Source: Eledone cirrhosa (taxonomy: Eukaryota). Taken from it: a stretch of DNA of 64,000 bases. Every line of letters starts with the position of its first letter. Position 1 is the first letter of the stretch. The notes below the pieces were generated by a model. It was not told where the DNA came from. It was given only the letters and a program-made list of their open reading frames with translations, and made no database searches. The position numbers and the translations under genes are program-made. The stretch covers positions 4,526,001 to 4,590,000 of the forward strand of contig OZ024764.1 in the NCBI GenBank assembly GCA_964016885.1, read 5' to 3'. Below are positions 1 to 14,302 of the stretch, one piece after another.

Positions 1-625
1 TTTACCTCACATAACATTTACATTACTCTATATATACTATTGTATTTTCAGAGTAAAGGCTTTACCTCACATAACATTTACATTACTCTATATATACTAT
101 AGTATTTTCACAGTAAAGTCTTTACCTCACATAACATTTACATTACTCTATATATACTATTGTATTTTCACAGTAAAGGCTTTACCTCACATAATATCTC
201 GCATAACATTTACATTACTCTATATATACTATTGTATTTTCACAGTAAAGGCTTTACCTCACATAACATTTACATTATTCTATATATACTATTGTATTTT
301 CACAGTAAAGGCTTTACCTCACATATCTCACATTACTCTATATATACTATTGTATTTTCACAGTAAAGGCTTTACCTCACATAATATCTCACATAACATT
401 TACATTACTCTATATATACTATTGTATTTTCACAGTAAAGGCTTTACTTCACATAATATCTCGCATAACATTTACATTACTCTATATATACTATTGTATT
501 TTCACAGTAAAGGCTTTACCTCACATAACATTTACATTACTCTATATATACTATTGTATTTTCACAGTAAAGGCTTTACCTCACATAATATCTCACATAA
601 CATTTACATTACTCTATATATACTA

Positions 626-1470
626 CTAGCAGTAAAGCCCGGCGTTGCTCGGGGTCGCTCAGTAGCTGTGTTAAAGTTACAATGTTAAGTTTCTTTTTTG
701 GCTTAAAAACTGTAGTGTCTACTGTGCAGACTTGCATGTGGTGTTTTTGATTAATATTCCCTCAACCAACAATATGCCTTATGAAGTTAAGAAAACATAA
801 CGATAACCCGAATGTTATAACAAAAGAGGATGCTGGGGATAGAAACTGCACTGGTTATTTATTAACAAAGATCGAAAATGTAAACACTGCAACGCAGAGA
901 AAAACATTAGCGTAACCAAATTATCAGTTATGTCTGTCTGCACGCCTATATCACCTCTCTGCACGACTGTCTGTCTGCACGCGTATATCACCTCTCTGCA
1001 CGACTGTCTGTCTGCACGCCTAACGACGAAATATTTGCTTGTTTTACGTAGTCTTTAAATGGACTTGTTTTCAAGTAAAAATATTGTTTTAAAATGCTTT
1101 TAAATGGAAATGAAGCAAAACGGAAGCTTAGTGTTCGAACTGATGAATTTTGCAGGTCAATATTTTGCTGGCTCGACAACTGTTCGTGTCATTTTAAACG
1201 CTGTGAAAGCCAGCGTAATTTTTTACGTAAGACGCTCAATGTAAACAGAACAAAGGGAAATAACTGATCACTTACGCTCAAAAATCGATACATTATATTC
1301 GATTTCGTCACATAAAGTGGGTCAATTTGAAATTTTTTTTTTCCGATGTCTTCGCTAGGGCTCAATGTACAAGTATAGCAATTTCGGTGCAATTCCGTGA
1401 GAGATTCTAAGAGGAGATGTGTGCCAAAAATCGATAGACAGACAGACAACCACAGTTTTATATATATAGA
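626..1470 (-). mobile_element. Non-autonomous Helitron, full length
   Basis: The minus strand starts TCTATATATATAAAACTG and ends with hairpin CCCGAGCAACGCCGGG followed by CTAG. It is inserted at A|T with no TSD; removing it restores the satellite unit atatatacta|ttgtattttc. Confidence 0.85.
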
Positions 1471-1531
1471 TTGTATTTTCACAGTAAAGGCTTTACTTCA
1501 CATAATATCTCGCATAACATTTACATTACTC

Positions 1532-1860
1532 TCATTTCATTTTACGCCCGCCTTTTCCCTGCTTGCAAGGGTGGGACGGGAACTGATTTTGGCTTGATTT
1601 CTCCAGCTGGAAGCCCTTCTTAACACCAACCTCATTTACAGTGAGTGCTGGGTGCTTTTTTGCCGTGGCACCTCCACGACCACTTTGCAGTGGAATATGG
1701 ACCCCAGTCCCTATCATCTCATTTCTACAGCTGAGTAAACTGGAGCAATGTGAAATAAAGTGTCTTGCTCAAGGAAACAACACATCACCCGATCTGAGAA
1801 TTTAACTCACAACCTTTCGATTGCAAGGCCAATGCTCTAACTACTAAGCCATGTGCCTCC
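1532..1860 (-). mobile_element. tRNA-derived SINE with RTE-like 3' tail
   Basis: Minus-strand head ggaggcacatggcttagtagttagagc (A box) and gtgagttaaattc (B box), with tail cccacccttgcaagcagggaaaag..aaatgaaatg. Confidence 0.85.
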
Positions 1861-2833
1861 GTACTCTATATATACTATTGTATTTTCACAGTAAAGTCTT
1901 TACCTCACATAACATTTACATTACTCTATATATACTATTGTATTTTCACAGTAAAGTCTTTACCTCACATAACATTTACATTACTCTATATATACTATTG
2001 TATTTTCACATTAAAGGCTTTACCTCACATAACATTTACATTATTCTATATATACTATTGTATTTTCACAGTAAAGGCTTTACCTCACATATCTCACATT
2101 ACTCTATATATACTATTGTATTTTCACAGTAAAGGCTTTACCTCACATAATATCTCACATAACATTTACATTACTCTATATATACTATTGTATTGTCACA
2201 GTAAAGGCTTTACCTCACATAACATTTACATTACTCTATATATACTATTGTATTTTCAGAGTAAAGGCTTTACCTCACATAACATTTACATTACTCTATA
2301 TATACTATAGTATTTTCACAGTAAAGTCTTTACCTCACATAACATTTACATTACTCTATATATACTATTGTATTTTCACAGTAAAGGCTTTACCTCACAT
2401 AATATCTCGCATAACATTTACATTACTCTATATATACTATTGTATTTTCACAGTAAAGGCTTTACCTCACATAACATTTACATTATTCTATATATACTAT
2501 TGTATTTTCACAGTAAAGGCTTTACCTCACATATCTCACATTACTCTATATATACTATTGTATTTTCACAGTAAAGGCTTTACCTCACATAATATCTCAC
2601 ATAACATTTACATTACTCTATATATACTATTGTATTTTCACAGTAAAGGCTTTACTTCACATAATATCTCGCATAACATTTACATTACTCTATATATACT
2701 ATTGTATTTTCACAGTAAAGGCTTTACCTCACATAACATTTACATTACTCTATATATACTATTGTATTTTCACAGTAAAGGCTTTACCTCACATAATATC
2801 TCACATAACATTTACATTACTCTATATATACTA

Positions 2834-3483
2834 CTAGCAGTAAAGCCCGGCGTTGCTCGGGGTCGCTCAGTAGCTGTGTTAAAGTTACAATGTTAAGTTT
2901 CTTTTTTGGCTTAAAAACTGTAGTGTCTACTGTGCAGACTTGCATGTGGTGTTTTTGATTAATATTCCCTCAACCAACAATATGCCTTATGAAGTTAAGA
3001 AAACATAACGATAACCCGAATGTTATAACAAAAGAGGATGCTGGGGATAGAAACTGCACTGGTTATTTATTAACAAAGATCGAAAATGTAAACACTGCAA
3101 CGCAGAGAAAAACATTAGCGTAACCAAATTATCAGTTATGTCTGTCTGCACGCCTATATCACCTCTCTGCACGACTGTCTGTCTGCACGCGTATATCACC
3201 TCTCTGCACGACTGTCTGTCTGCACGCCTAACGACGAAATATTTGCTTGTTTTACGTAGTCTTTAAATGGACTTGTTTTCAAGTAAAAATATTGTTTTAA
3301 AATGCTTTTAAATGGAAATGAAGCAAAACGGAAGCTTAGTGTTCGAACTGATGAATTTTGCAGGTCAATATTTTGCTGGCTCGACAACTGTTCGTGTCAT
3401 TTTAAACGCTGTGAAAGCCAGCGTAATTTTTTACGTAAGACGCTCAATGTAAACAGAACAAAGGGAAATAACTGATCACTTAC
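2834..3483 (-). mobile_element. Second, 5'-deleted copy of the same Helitron (part of a 2208-bp tandem duplication)
   Basis: Appears identical to 626-1275, then jumps into the SINE head remnant (caatgctctaac). Confidence 0.85.
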
Positions 3484-4059
3484 CAATGCTCTAACTACTA
3501 AGCCATGTGCCTCCGTACTCTATATATACTATTGTATTTCCACAGTAAAGGCTTTACCTTACAATATCTCACATAATATCGAATCTATGAAATGTTGATG
3601 TTATTTATTTTGAGAACAATACCTTAACATCAGTATAAGTGGCCAGTTACAGTCAGTTTGAACAGAAAGAAGTGAGAGAATTCTGGCCAGTTTAAATGCT
3701 AAAGGGTTAACATATGGTTCTTAGATTGGAAGATTTTAATTTAAATAGGAACACTGTATTTCAATTAAATATTATTTAAGGATTTACTAAAATTATTTGA
3801 TTACTAAGATGGTTCATATATAAAATTATGTTGGAAAATTTTAATTAATGAAGAATTTTGAGGATTTACTAAAATTATTTCATTATTAATAAATAAATAA
3901 AGAAACCATTATTAAGATAGTTGCATAATATGTGGTCCTTATATAAGATTATGTTGGAAGATTTTAATTACTACTTTGATGCTAAACTCTTGCCAGTTGC
4001 AGATTGTGCATCAACATGTGATATCTTTCTCCACAAAGTTCCAACAGCAAATATCACGT

Positions 4060-4545
4060 CCAGTCCATAAGTTGATATTATCAAGCCATTGTTATGGCTG
4101 CCGGTCTCTGCTTCTCTTACCAGCCAACCTTCCTTCCAGGAATATATAGTACCTTTCGATCACCAACAGCAAAGATCAAGTCCAGTCCATAAGTTGATAT
4201 TGTCAAGCCATTGTTATGGCTGCCGGCCTCTGCTTCTCTTACCAGCCAACCTTCCTTCCAGGCATAACCTACTCACACCACGAGTTGATCTTTTTATATG
4301 ACCGTATAGTTTGAGTACTCTTGACTTGACAATTGATGTAATTGGTCTAAGTCTGGTAATGTTGAACAGCTCACTGATACAGATACAGTCACTGAGCCAC
4401 TTGCCAGTCATAAGTCTCATGATGTGGTTCTGGAATGTAGAGAGCTTCTGAAGTGACCTTGTCCTCGTCCAATTAACACAGTCAAGACCATATAACACAA
4501 CTAGTAGGATGTAAGTATTGAAGATCTTAGCCTTCAAATGATAGA
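4060..4545 (-). pseudogene. Degenerate LINE (RTE-like) RT C-terminal fragment with short internal duplication
   Basis: KAKIFNTYILLVVLYG..W...FQNHIMR...LKLYGHIKR...EGRLAGKRSRGRQP. Confidence 0.75.
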
Positions 4546-4687
4546 TTTTAACACTGTATTTCAATTAATTAATGAAGAATCTTGAAGGATTTATAAAAAC
4601 GTTCATTACTAACACATAAACTGTAATAACATAACTCTTTCTCATTAAGTTGGTGTTTGAAACAACTTAAAATTATAATGGAATGTT

Positions 4688-4693
4688 TTTATT
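4688..4693 (-). terminator. Candidate polyadenylation signal AATAAA for SLX1
   Basis: tttatt on the plus strand, about 155 nt downstream of the SLX1 stop. Confidence 0.4.
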
Positions 4694-4846
4694 GAAATAT
4701 ATACAGCTTTGAATAATTGATAGGCAGTGGTTTCCTATGAAAAGGGTTAACCAAATAATTGTCCAAATCTTTTGTCACAGCCTGTGGTCTTGTCAATAAC
4801 TCAAGCCCTCTGTCTCCACACTTACACCCTGTCATCTTTAGAGTGT

Positions 4847-4912
4847 CTACATGGCCTGACTGAGAACATTTGTCCAATCATCATCATCATCATCATCATC
4901 ACCGTAGGCTTT
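4847..4912 (-). CDS. SLX1: SLX1 terminal coding exon 5 (KAYGDDDDDDDDWTNVLSQAM*)
   Basis: Acceptor ttttttgttcattaacag|AAA is in phase 0 with exon 4. It encodes an acidic tract followed by WxxxL, like SLX1 C-termini, and ends in TAG at 4849-4847. Total CDS is 828 nt = 275 aa. This exon is absent from the ORF track. Confidence 0.75.
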   Translation of the reverse strand, partial: KAYGDDDDDDDDWTNVLSQAM

Positions 4913-5180
4913 CTGTTAATGAACAAAAAATAGGTAAAATATAAATTAAACAGAGACTATACATTTTTATGTCAATGTTTCCATCTAGTATGGGTTAGAC
5001 GTGTTGGTCCTGTTGTGGGCAATGCGAGGTCAGGTGACCATGTCTTGCTCATACAGGAACTGATTCTGGCTTGGTTTCTACAGCTGGATGTCCTTCCTAA
5101 CATCAACCTCTTTTACAGTGAGTGCTGGGTGCCTTTTTTGTCATGACACCTACACAACAGGTAGAGCCGCTACTTCTCCA

Positions 5181-8100
5181 GATTGAGAATCTCTGGATTG
5201 AGAGATCACAGCTCTGATACTACAGACATGTGGTTAGAATGTCTCAAGAAAGAATCTCTGAATTGAGAGATCACAGCTCTGATACTACAGACATGTGGTT
5301 AGAATGTCTCAGGAAAGAATCTCTGGATTGAGAGATCACAGCTCTGATACTACAGACATGTGGTTAGAATGTCTGAGGAAAGAATCTCTGGATTGAGAGA
5401 TCACAGCTCTGATACTACAGACATGTGGTTAGAATGTCTCAAGAAAGAATCTCTGAATTGAGAGATCACAGCTCTGATACTACAGACATGTGGTTAGAAT
5501 GTCTGAGGAAAGAATCTCTGGATTGAGAGATCACAGCTCTGATACTACAGACATGTAGTTAGAATGTCTGAGGAAAGAATCTCTGGATTGAGAGATCACA
5601 GCTCTGATACTACAGACATGTGGTTAGAATGTCTGAGGAAAGAATCTCTGGATTGAGAGATCACAGCTCTGCTACTACAGATATGTGGTTAGAATGTCTC
5701 AAGAAAGAATCTCTGAATTGAGAGATCACAGCTCTGCTACTACAGACATGTGGTTAGAATGTCTCAGGAAAGAATCTCTGGATTGAGAGATGACAGCTCT
5801 GATACTACAGACATGTGGTTAGAATGTCTGAGGAAAGAATCTGGATTGAGAGATCACAGCTCTGATACTACAGACATGAGGTTAGAATGTCTGAGGAAAG
5901 AATCTGGATTGAGAGATCACAGCTCTGATACTACAGACATGTGGTTAGAATGTCTGAAGAAAGAATCTGGATTGAGAGATCACAGCTCTGATACTACAGA
6001 CATGTGGTTAGAATGTCTGAGGAAAGAATCTCTGGATTGAGAGATGACAGCTCTGATACTACAGACATGTGGTTAGAATGTCTGAGGAAAGAATCTGGAT
6101 TGAGAGATCACAGCTCTGATACTACAGACATGTGGTTAGAATGTCTGAGGAAAGAATCTGGATTGAGAGATCACAGCTCTGATACTACAGACATGTGGTT
6201 AGAATATCTCAGGAAAGAATCTCTGAACTGAGAGATCACAGCTCTGATACTACAGACATGTGGTTAGAATGTCTGAGGAAAGAATCTGGATTGAGAGATG
6301 ACAGCTCTGATACTACAGACATGTGGTTAGAATGTCTGAGGAAAGAATCTGGATTGAGAGATCACAGCTCTGATACTACAGACATGTGGTTAGAATATCT
6401 CAGGAAAGAATCTCTGAATTGAGAGACCACCGCTCTGATACTACAGACATGTGGTTAGAATGTCTGAGGAAAGAATCTCTGGATTGAGAGATGACAGCTC
6501 TGATACTACAGACATGTGGTTAGAATGTCTGAGGAAAGAATCTCTGGATTGCGAGATGACAGCTCTGATACTACAGACATGTGGTTAGAATGTCTGAGGA
6601 AAGAATCTCTGAATTGAGAGATCACAGCTCTGATACTACAGACATGTGGTTAGAATGTCTGAGGAAAGAATCTCTGGATTGAGAGATGACAGCTCTGATA
6701 CTACAGACATGTGGTTAGAATGTCTGAGGAAAGAATCTGGATTGAGAGATCACAGCTCTGATACTACAGACATGTGGTTAGAATGTCTCAGGAAAGAATC
6801 TGGATTGAGAGATCACAGCTCTGATACTACAGACATGTGGTTAGAATATCTCAGGAAAGAATCTCTGAATTGAGAGATCACAGCTCTGATACTACAGACA
6901 TGTGGTTAGAATGTCTGAGGAAAGAATCTGGATTGAGAGATGACAGCTCTGATACTACAGACATGTGGTTAGAATGTCTGAGGAAAGAATCTGGATTGAG
7001 AGATCACAGCTCTGATACTACAGACATGTGGTTAGAATGTCTGAGGAAAGAATCTGGATTGAGAGATCACAGCTCTGATACTACAGACATGTGGTTAGAA
7101 TGTCTGAGGAAAGAATCTCTGGATTGAGAGATCACAGCTCTGATACTACAGACATGTGGTTAGAATGTCTGAGGAAAGAATCTGGATTGAGAGATCACAG
7201 CTCTGATACTACAGACATGTGGTTAGAATGTCTGAGGAAAGAATCTGGATTGAGAGATCACAGCTCTGATACTACAGACATGTGGTTAGAATGTCTGAGG
7301 AAAGAATCTGGATTGAGAGATCACAGCTCTGATACTACAGACATGTGGTTAGAATGTCTGAGGAAAGAATCTCTGGATTGAGAGATGACAGCTCTGATAC
7401 TACAGACATGTGGTTAGAATGTCTGAGGAAAGAATCTCTGGATTGAGAGATGACAGCTCTGATACTACAGACATGTGGTTAGAATGTCTGAGGAAAGAAT
7501 CTGGATTGAGAGATCACAGCTCTGATATTACAGACATGTGGTTAGGAAATCTGAGGAAAGAATCTGGATTGAGAGATGACAGCTCTGATACTACAGACAT
7601 GTGGTTAGAATGTCTGAGGAAATAATCTCTGAATTGAGAGATCACAGCTCTGATACTACAGACATGTGGTTAGAATGTCTGAGGAAAGAATCTCTGGATT
7701 GAGAGATGACAGCTCTGATACTACAGACATGTGGTTAGAATGTCTGAGGAAAGAATCTGGATTGAGAGATCACAGCTCTGATACTACAGACATGTGGTTA
7801 GAATGTCTGAGGAAATAATCTCTGAATTGAGAGATGACAGCTCTGATACTACAGACATGTGGTTAGAATGTCTGAGGAAAGAATCTGGATTGAGAGATCA
7901 CAGCTCTGATACTACAGACATGTGGTTAGAATGTCTGAGGAAAGAATCTGGATTGAGAGATCACAGCTCTGATACTACAGACATGTGGTTAGAATGTCTG
8001 AGGAAAGAATCTCTGGATTGAGAGATCACAGCTCTGATACTACAGACATGTGGTTAGAATGTCTCAGGAAAGAATCTCTGAATTGAGAGATCACAGCTCT

Positions 8101-11100
8101 GATACTACAGACATGTGGTTAGAATGTCTGAGGAAAGAATCTCTGGATTGAGAGATCACAGCTCTGATACTACAGACATGTGGTTAGAATGTCTGAGGAA
8201 AGAATCTCTGGATTGAGAGATCACAGCTCTGATACTACAGACATGTGGTTAGAATGTCTGAGGAAAGAATCTCTGGATTGAGAGATCACAGCTCTGATAC
8301 TACAGACATGGGGTTAGAATGTCTGAGGAAAGAATCTCTGGATTGAGAGATGACAGCTCTGATACTACAGACATGTGGTTAGAATGTCTGAGGAAAGAAT
8401 CTGGATTGAGAGATCACAGCTCTGATACTACAGACATGTGGTTAGAATGTCTGAGGAAAGAATCTGGATTGAGAGATCACAGCTCTGATACTACAGACAT
8501 GTGGTTAGAATGTCTGAGGAAAGAATCTGGATTGAGAGATCACAGCTCTGATACTACAGACATGTGGTTAGAATGTCTGAGGAAAGAATCTGGATTGAGA
8601 GATGACAGCTCTGATACTACAGACATGTGGTTAGAATGTCTGAGGAAAGAATCTGGATTGAGAGATCACAGCTCTGATACTACAGACATGTGGTTAGAAT
8701 ATCTCAGGAAAGAATCTCTGAATTGAGAGACCACCGCTCTGATACTACAGACATGTGGTTAGAATGTCTGAGGAAAGAATCTCTGGATTGAGAGATGACA
8801 GCTCTGATACTACAGACATGTGGTTAGAATGTCTGAGGAAAGAATCTCTGGATTGAGAGATGACAGCTCTGATACTACAGACATGTGGTTAGAATGTCTG
8901 AGGAAAGAATCTCTGGATTGCGAGATGACAGCTCTGATACTACAGACATGTGGTTAGAATGTCTGAGGAAAGAATCTCTGAATTGAGAGATCACAGCTCT
9001 GATACTACAGACATGTGGTTAGAATGTCTGAGGAAAGAATCTCTGGATTGAGAGATGACAGCTCTGATACTACAGACATGTGGTTAGAATGTCTGAGGAA
9101 AGAATCTGGATTGAGAGATCACAGCTCTGATACTACAGACATGTGGTTAGAATGTCTCAGGAAAGAATCTGGATTGAGAGATCACAGCTCTGATACTACA
9201 GACATGTGGTTAGAATATCTCAGGAAAGAATCTCTGAATTGAGAGATCACAGCTCTGATACTACAGACATGTGGTTAGAATGTCTGAGGAAAGAATCTGG
9301 ATTGAGAGATCACAGCTCTGATACTACAGACATGTGGTTAGAATGTCTGAGGAAAGAATCTGGATTGAGAGATCACAGCTCTGATACTACAGACATGTGG
9401 TTAGAATGTCTGAGGAAAGAATCTGGATTGAGAGATCACAGCTCTGATACTACAGACATGTGGTTAGAATGTCTGAGGAAAGAATCTCTGGATTGAGAGA
9501 TGACAGCTCTGATACTACAGACATGTGGTTAGAATGTCTGAGGAAAGAATCTGGATTGAGAGATCACAGCTCTGATACTACAGACATGTGGTTAGAATGT
9601 CTGAGGAAAGAATCTGGATTGAGAGATCACAGCTCTGATACTACAGACATGTGGTTAGAATGTCTGAGGAAAGAATCTGGATTGAGAGATCACAGCTCTG
9701 ATACTACAGACATGTGGTTAGAATGTCTGAGGAAATAATCTCTGGATTGAGAGATGACAGCTCTGATACTACAGACATGTGGTTAGAATGTCTGAGGAAA
9801 GAATCTCTGGATTGAGAGATGACAGCTCTGATACTACAGACATGTGGTTAGAATGTCTGAGGAAAGAATCTGGATTGAGAGATCACAGCTCTGATACTAC
9901 AGACATGTGGTTAGAAAATCTGAGGAAAGAATCTGGATTGAGAGATGACAGCTCTGATACTACAGACATGTGGTTAGAATGTCTGAGGAAATAATCTCTG
10001 AATTGAGAGATCACAGCTCTGATACTACAGACATGTGGTTAGAATGTCTGAGGAAAGAATCTCTGGATTGAGAGATGACAGCTCTGATACTACAGACATG
10101 TGGTTAGAATGTCTGAGGAAAGAATCTGGATTGAGAGATCACAGCTCTGATACTACAGACATGTGGTTAGAATGTCTGAGGAAATAATCTCTGAATTGAG
10201 AGATCACAGCTCTGATACTACAGACATGTGGTTAGAATGTCTGAGGAAAGAATCTCTGGATTGAGAGATGACAGCTCTGATACTACAGACATGTGGTTAG
10301 AATGTCTGAGGAAAGAATCTGGATTGAGAGATCACAGCTCTGATACTACAGACATGTGGTTAGAATGTCTGAGGAAAGAATCTGGATTGAGAGATCACAG
10401 CTCTGATACTACAGACATGTGGTTAGAATGTCTGAGGAAAGAATCTGGATTGAGAGATCACAGCTCTGATACTACAGACATGTGGTTAGAATGTCTGAGG
10501 AAAGAATCTCTGGATTGAGAGATGACAGCTCTGATACTACAGACATGTGGTTAGAATGTCTGAGGAAAGAATCTCTGGATTGAGAGATGACAGCTCTGAT
10601 ACTACAGACATGTGGTTAGAATGTCTGAGGAAAGAATCTGGATTGAGAGATCACAGCTCTGATACTACAGACATGTGGTTAGAATGTCTGAAGAAAGAAT
10701 CTGGATTGAGAGATCACAGCTCTGATACTACAGACATGTGGTTAGAATGTCTGAGGAAAGAATCTGGATTGAGAGATCACAGCTCTGATACTACAGACAT
10801 GTGGTTAGAATGTCTGAGGAAAGAATCTGGATTGAGAGATCACAGCTCTGATACTACAGACATGTGGTTAGAATGTCTGAGGAAAGAATCTGGATTGAGA
10901 GATCACAGCTCTGATACTACAGACATGTGGTTAGAATGTCTGAAGAAAGAATCTGGATTGAGAGATCACAGCTCTGATACTACAGACATGTGGTTAGAAT
11001 GTCTGAGGAAAGAATCTGGATTGAGAGATCACAGCTCTGATACTACAGACATGTGGTTAGAATGTCTGAGGAAAGAATCTGGATTGAGAGATCACAGCTC

Positions 11101-14100
11101 TGATACTACAGACATGTGGTTAGAATGTCTCAGGAAAGAATCTGGATTGAGAGATCACAGCTCTGATACTACAGACATGTGGTTAGAATGTCTCAGGAAA
11201 GAATCTGGATTGAGAGATCACAGCTCTGATACTACAGACATGTGGTTAGAATGTCTGAAGAAAGAATCTGGATTGAGAGATCACAGCTCTGATACTACAG
11301 ACATGAGGTTAGAATGTCTGAGGAAAGAATCTGGATTGAGAGATCACAGCTCTGATACTACAGACATGTGGTTAGAATGTCTGAAGAAAGAATCTGGATT
11401 GAGAGATCACAGCTCTGATACTACAGACATGTGGTTAGAATGTCTGAAGAAAGAATCTGGATTGAGAGATCACAGCTCTGATACTACAGACATGTGGTTA
11501 GAATGTCTGAGGAAAGAATCTGGATTGAGAGATCACAGCTCTGATACTACAGACATGTGGTTAGAATGTCTGAAGAAAGAATCTCTGGATTGAGATATGA
11601 CAGCTCTGATACTACAGACATGTGGTTAGAATGTCTGAGGAAAGAATCTCTGAATTGAGAGATCACAGCTCTGATACTACAGACATGTGGTTAGAATGTC
11701 TGAGGAAAGAATCTGGATTGAGAGATCACAGCTCTGATACTACAGACATGTGGTTAGAATGTCTCAGGAAAGAATCTGGATTGAGAGATCACAGCTCTGA
11801 TACTACAGACATGTGGTTAGAATGTCTCAGGAAAGAATCTGGATTGAGAGATCACAGCTCTGATACTACAGACATGTGGTTAGAATGTCTGAAGAAAGAA
11901 TCTGGATTGAGAGATCACAGCTCTGATACTACAGACATGAGGTTAGAATGTCTGAGGAAAGAATCTGGATTGAGAGATCACAGCTCTGATACTACAGACA
12001 TGTGGTTAGAATGTCTGAAGAAAGAATCTGGATTGAGAGATCACAGCTCTGATACTACAGACATGTGGTTAGAATGTCTGAAGAAAGAATCTGGATTGAG
12101 AGATCACAGCTCTGATACTACAGACATGTGGTTAGAATGTCTGAGGAAAGAATCTGGATTGAGAGATCACAGCTCTGATACTACAGACATGTGGTTAGAA
12201 TGTCTGAAGAAAGAATCTCTGGATTGAGATATGACAGCTCTGATACTACAGACATGTGGTTAGAATGTCTCAGGAAAGAATCTCTGAATTGAGAGATCAC
12301 AGCTCTGATACTACAGACATGTGGTTAGAATGTCTGAGGAAAGAATCTCTGAATTGAGAGATCACAGCTGTGATACTACAGGCATCTGGTTAGAATCTCT
12401 GAACTGAGAGATCACAGCTCTGATACTACAGACATGTGGTTAGAATGTCTGAGGAAAGAATCTCTGGATTGAGAGATCACAGCTCTGATACTACAGACAT
12501 GTGGTTAGAATGTCTGAGGAAAGAATCTCTGGATTGAGAGATCACAGCTCTGATACTATAGACATGTGGTTAGAATGTCTGAGGAAAGAATCTCTGAATT
12601 GAGAGATCACAGCTCTGATACTGCAGATATGTGGTTAGAATGTCTGAGGAAAGAATCTCTGAACTGAGAGATCACAGCTCTGATACTACAGATATGTGGT
12701 TAGAATGTCTCAGGAAATAATCTCTGAATTGAGAGATCACAGCTCTGATACTACAGACATGTGGTTAGAATGTCTCAGGAAAGAATCTCTGAACTGAGAG
12801 ATCACAGCTCTGATACTACAGACATGTGGTTAGAATGTCTGAGGAAAGAATCTCTGGATTGAGAGATCACAGCTCTGATACTACAGACATGTGGTTAGAA
12901 TGTCTGAGGAAATAATCTCTGAATTGAGAGATCACAGCTCTGATACTACAGACATGTGGTTAGAATGTCTGAGGAAAGAATCTCTGGATTGAGAGATCAC
13001 AGCTCTGATACTACAGACATATGGTTAGAATGTCTGAGGAAAGAATCTCTGAACTGAGAGATCACAGCTCTGATACTACAGATATGTGGTTAGAATGTCT
13101 CAGGAAAGAATCTCTGAATTGAGAGATGACAGCTCTGATACTACAGACATGTGGTTAGAATGTCTGAGGAAAGAATCTCTGAATTGAGAGATCACAGCTC
13201 TGATACTACAGACATGTGGTTAGAATGTCTCAGGAAAGAATTTCTGATTTGAGAGATAACAGCTCTGATACTACAGACATGAGGTTAGAATGTCGCAGGA
13301 AAGTAGCTCTGGATTGAGAGACCACAGCTCTGATACTACAGACATGTGGTTAGAATGTCTCGGGAAAGAATCTCTGATTTGAGAGATAACAGCTCTGATA
13401 CTACAGACATGTGGTTAGAATGTCTGAGGAAAGAATCTCTGAATTGAGAGATCACAGCTCTGATACTACAGACATGAGGTTAGAATGTCTGAGGAAAGAA
13501 TCTCTGGATTGAGAGATCACAGCTCTGATACTACAGACATGTGGTTAGAATGTCTCAGGAAAGAATCTCTGAATTGAGAGATCACAGCTCTGATACTACA
13601 AACATGAGGTTAGAATGTCTCAGGAAAGAATCTCTGATTTGAGAGATAACAGCTCTGATACTACAGACATGTGGTTAGAATGTCTGAGTAAAGAATCTCT
13701 GGATTGAGAGACCACAGCTCTGATACTACAGACATGTGGTTAGAATGTCTCAGGAAAGAATCTCTGGATTGAGACATCACAGCTCTGATACTACAGACAT
13801 GTGGTTAGAATGTTTCAGGAAAGAATCTTTGAATTGAGAGACCACAGCTCTGATACTACAGACATGAGGTTAGAATGTCTGAGGAAAGAATCTCTGGATT
13901 GAGAGACCACAGCTCTGATACTACAGACATGAGGTTAGAATGTCTGAGGAAAGAATCTCTGGATTGAGAGACCACAGCTCTGATACTACAGACATGTGGT
14001 TAGAATGTCTCAGGAAAGAATCTCTGAATTGAGAGATCACAGCACTGATACTACAGACATGTGGTTAGAATGTCTCAGGAGAGAATCTCTGGATTGAGAG

Positions 14101-14157
14101 ACCACAGCTCTGACACTACAGACATGTGGTTAGAATGTCTCAGGAAAGAATCTCAGG
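5181..14157. repeat. ~9 kb 63/65-bp satellite array inside the last SLX1 intron
   Basis: Unit (ct)ctggattgagagatcacagctctgatactacagacatgtggttagaatgtctgaggaaagaat, about 140 copies. Confidence 0.97.
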
Positions 14158-14302
14158 AATAAGTGGGCAAAGAAAAAGAAAGAAAACGTGCGTCTGTGTG
14201 TGAATGTGTGTGTGTGTGTGTGTGTTTGTGGTCAGCCATTTATAAAATACAAGGCTATATAAATCTAACCAGGAAGGACTTCTATGAAGCCAGCATACAT
14301 AC

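Larger units (their letters stand above)
1..3706 (+). repeat. 50/61-bp satellite expanded inside a piggyBac-like MITE (right TIR aatgctaaaggg|TTAA at 3694-3710), interrupted by Helitron and SINE and duplicated with 2208-bp period
   Basis: Unit tattgtattttcacagtaaaggctttacctcac(ataatatctcac)ataacatttacattactctatatatac. The MITE body follows at 3560-3706. ORF pairs are offset by 2208. Confidence 0.8.

Noticed and set aside
5750-12227. Long repetitive ORFs (RDHSSDTTDMWLECLRKESGL)n, up to 348 aa
   Set aside because: They result from the 63-bp unit being a multiple of 3. The frame is broken by every 65-bp unit, and they lie antisense in an SLX1 intron.
5181-14157. CRISPR-like array, or hammerhead-containing satellite (CTGAGGA in each unit)
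   Set aside because: There are no unique spacers and no cas genes, and the context is eukaryotic. No GAAA/stem III follows the hairpin after CTGAGGA.
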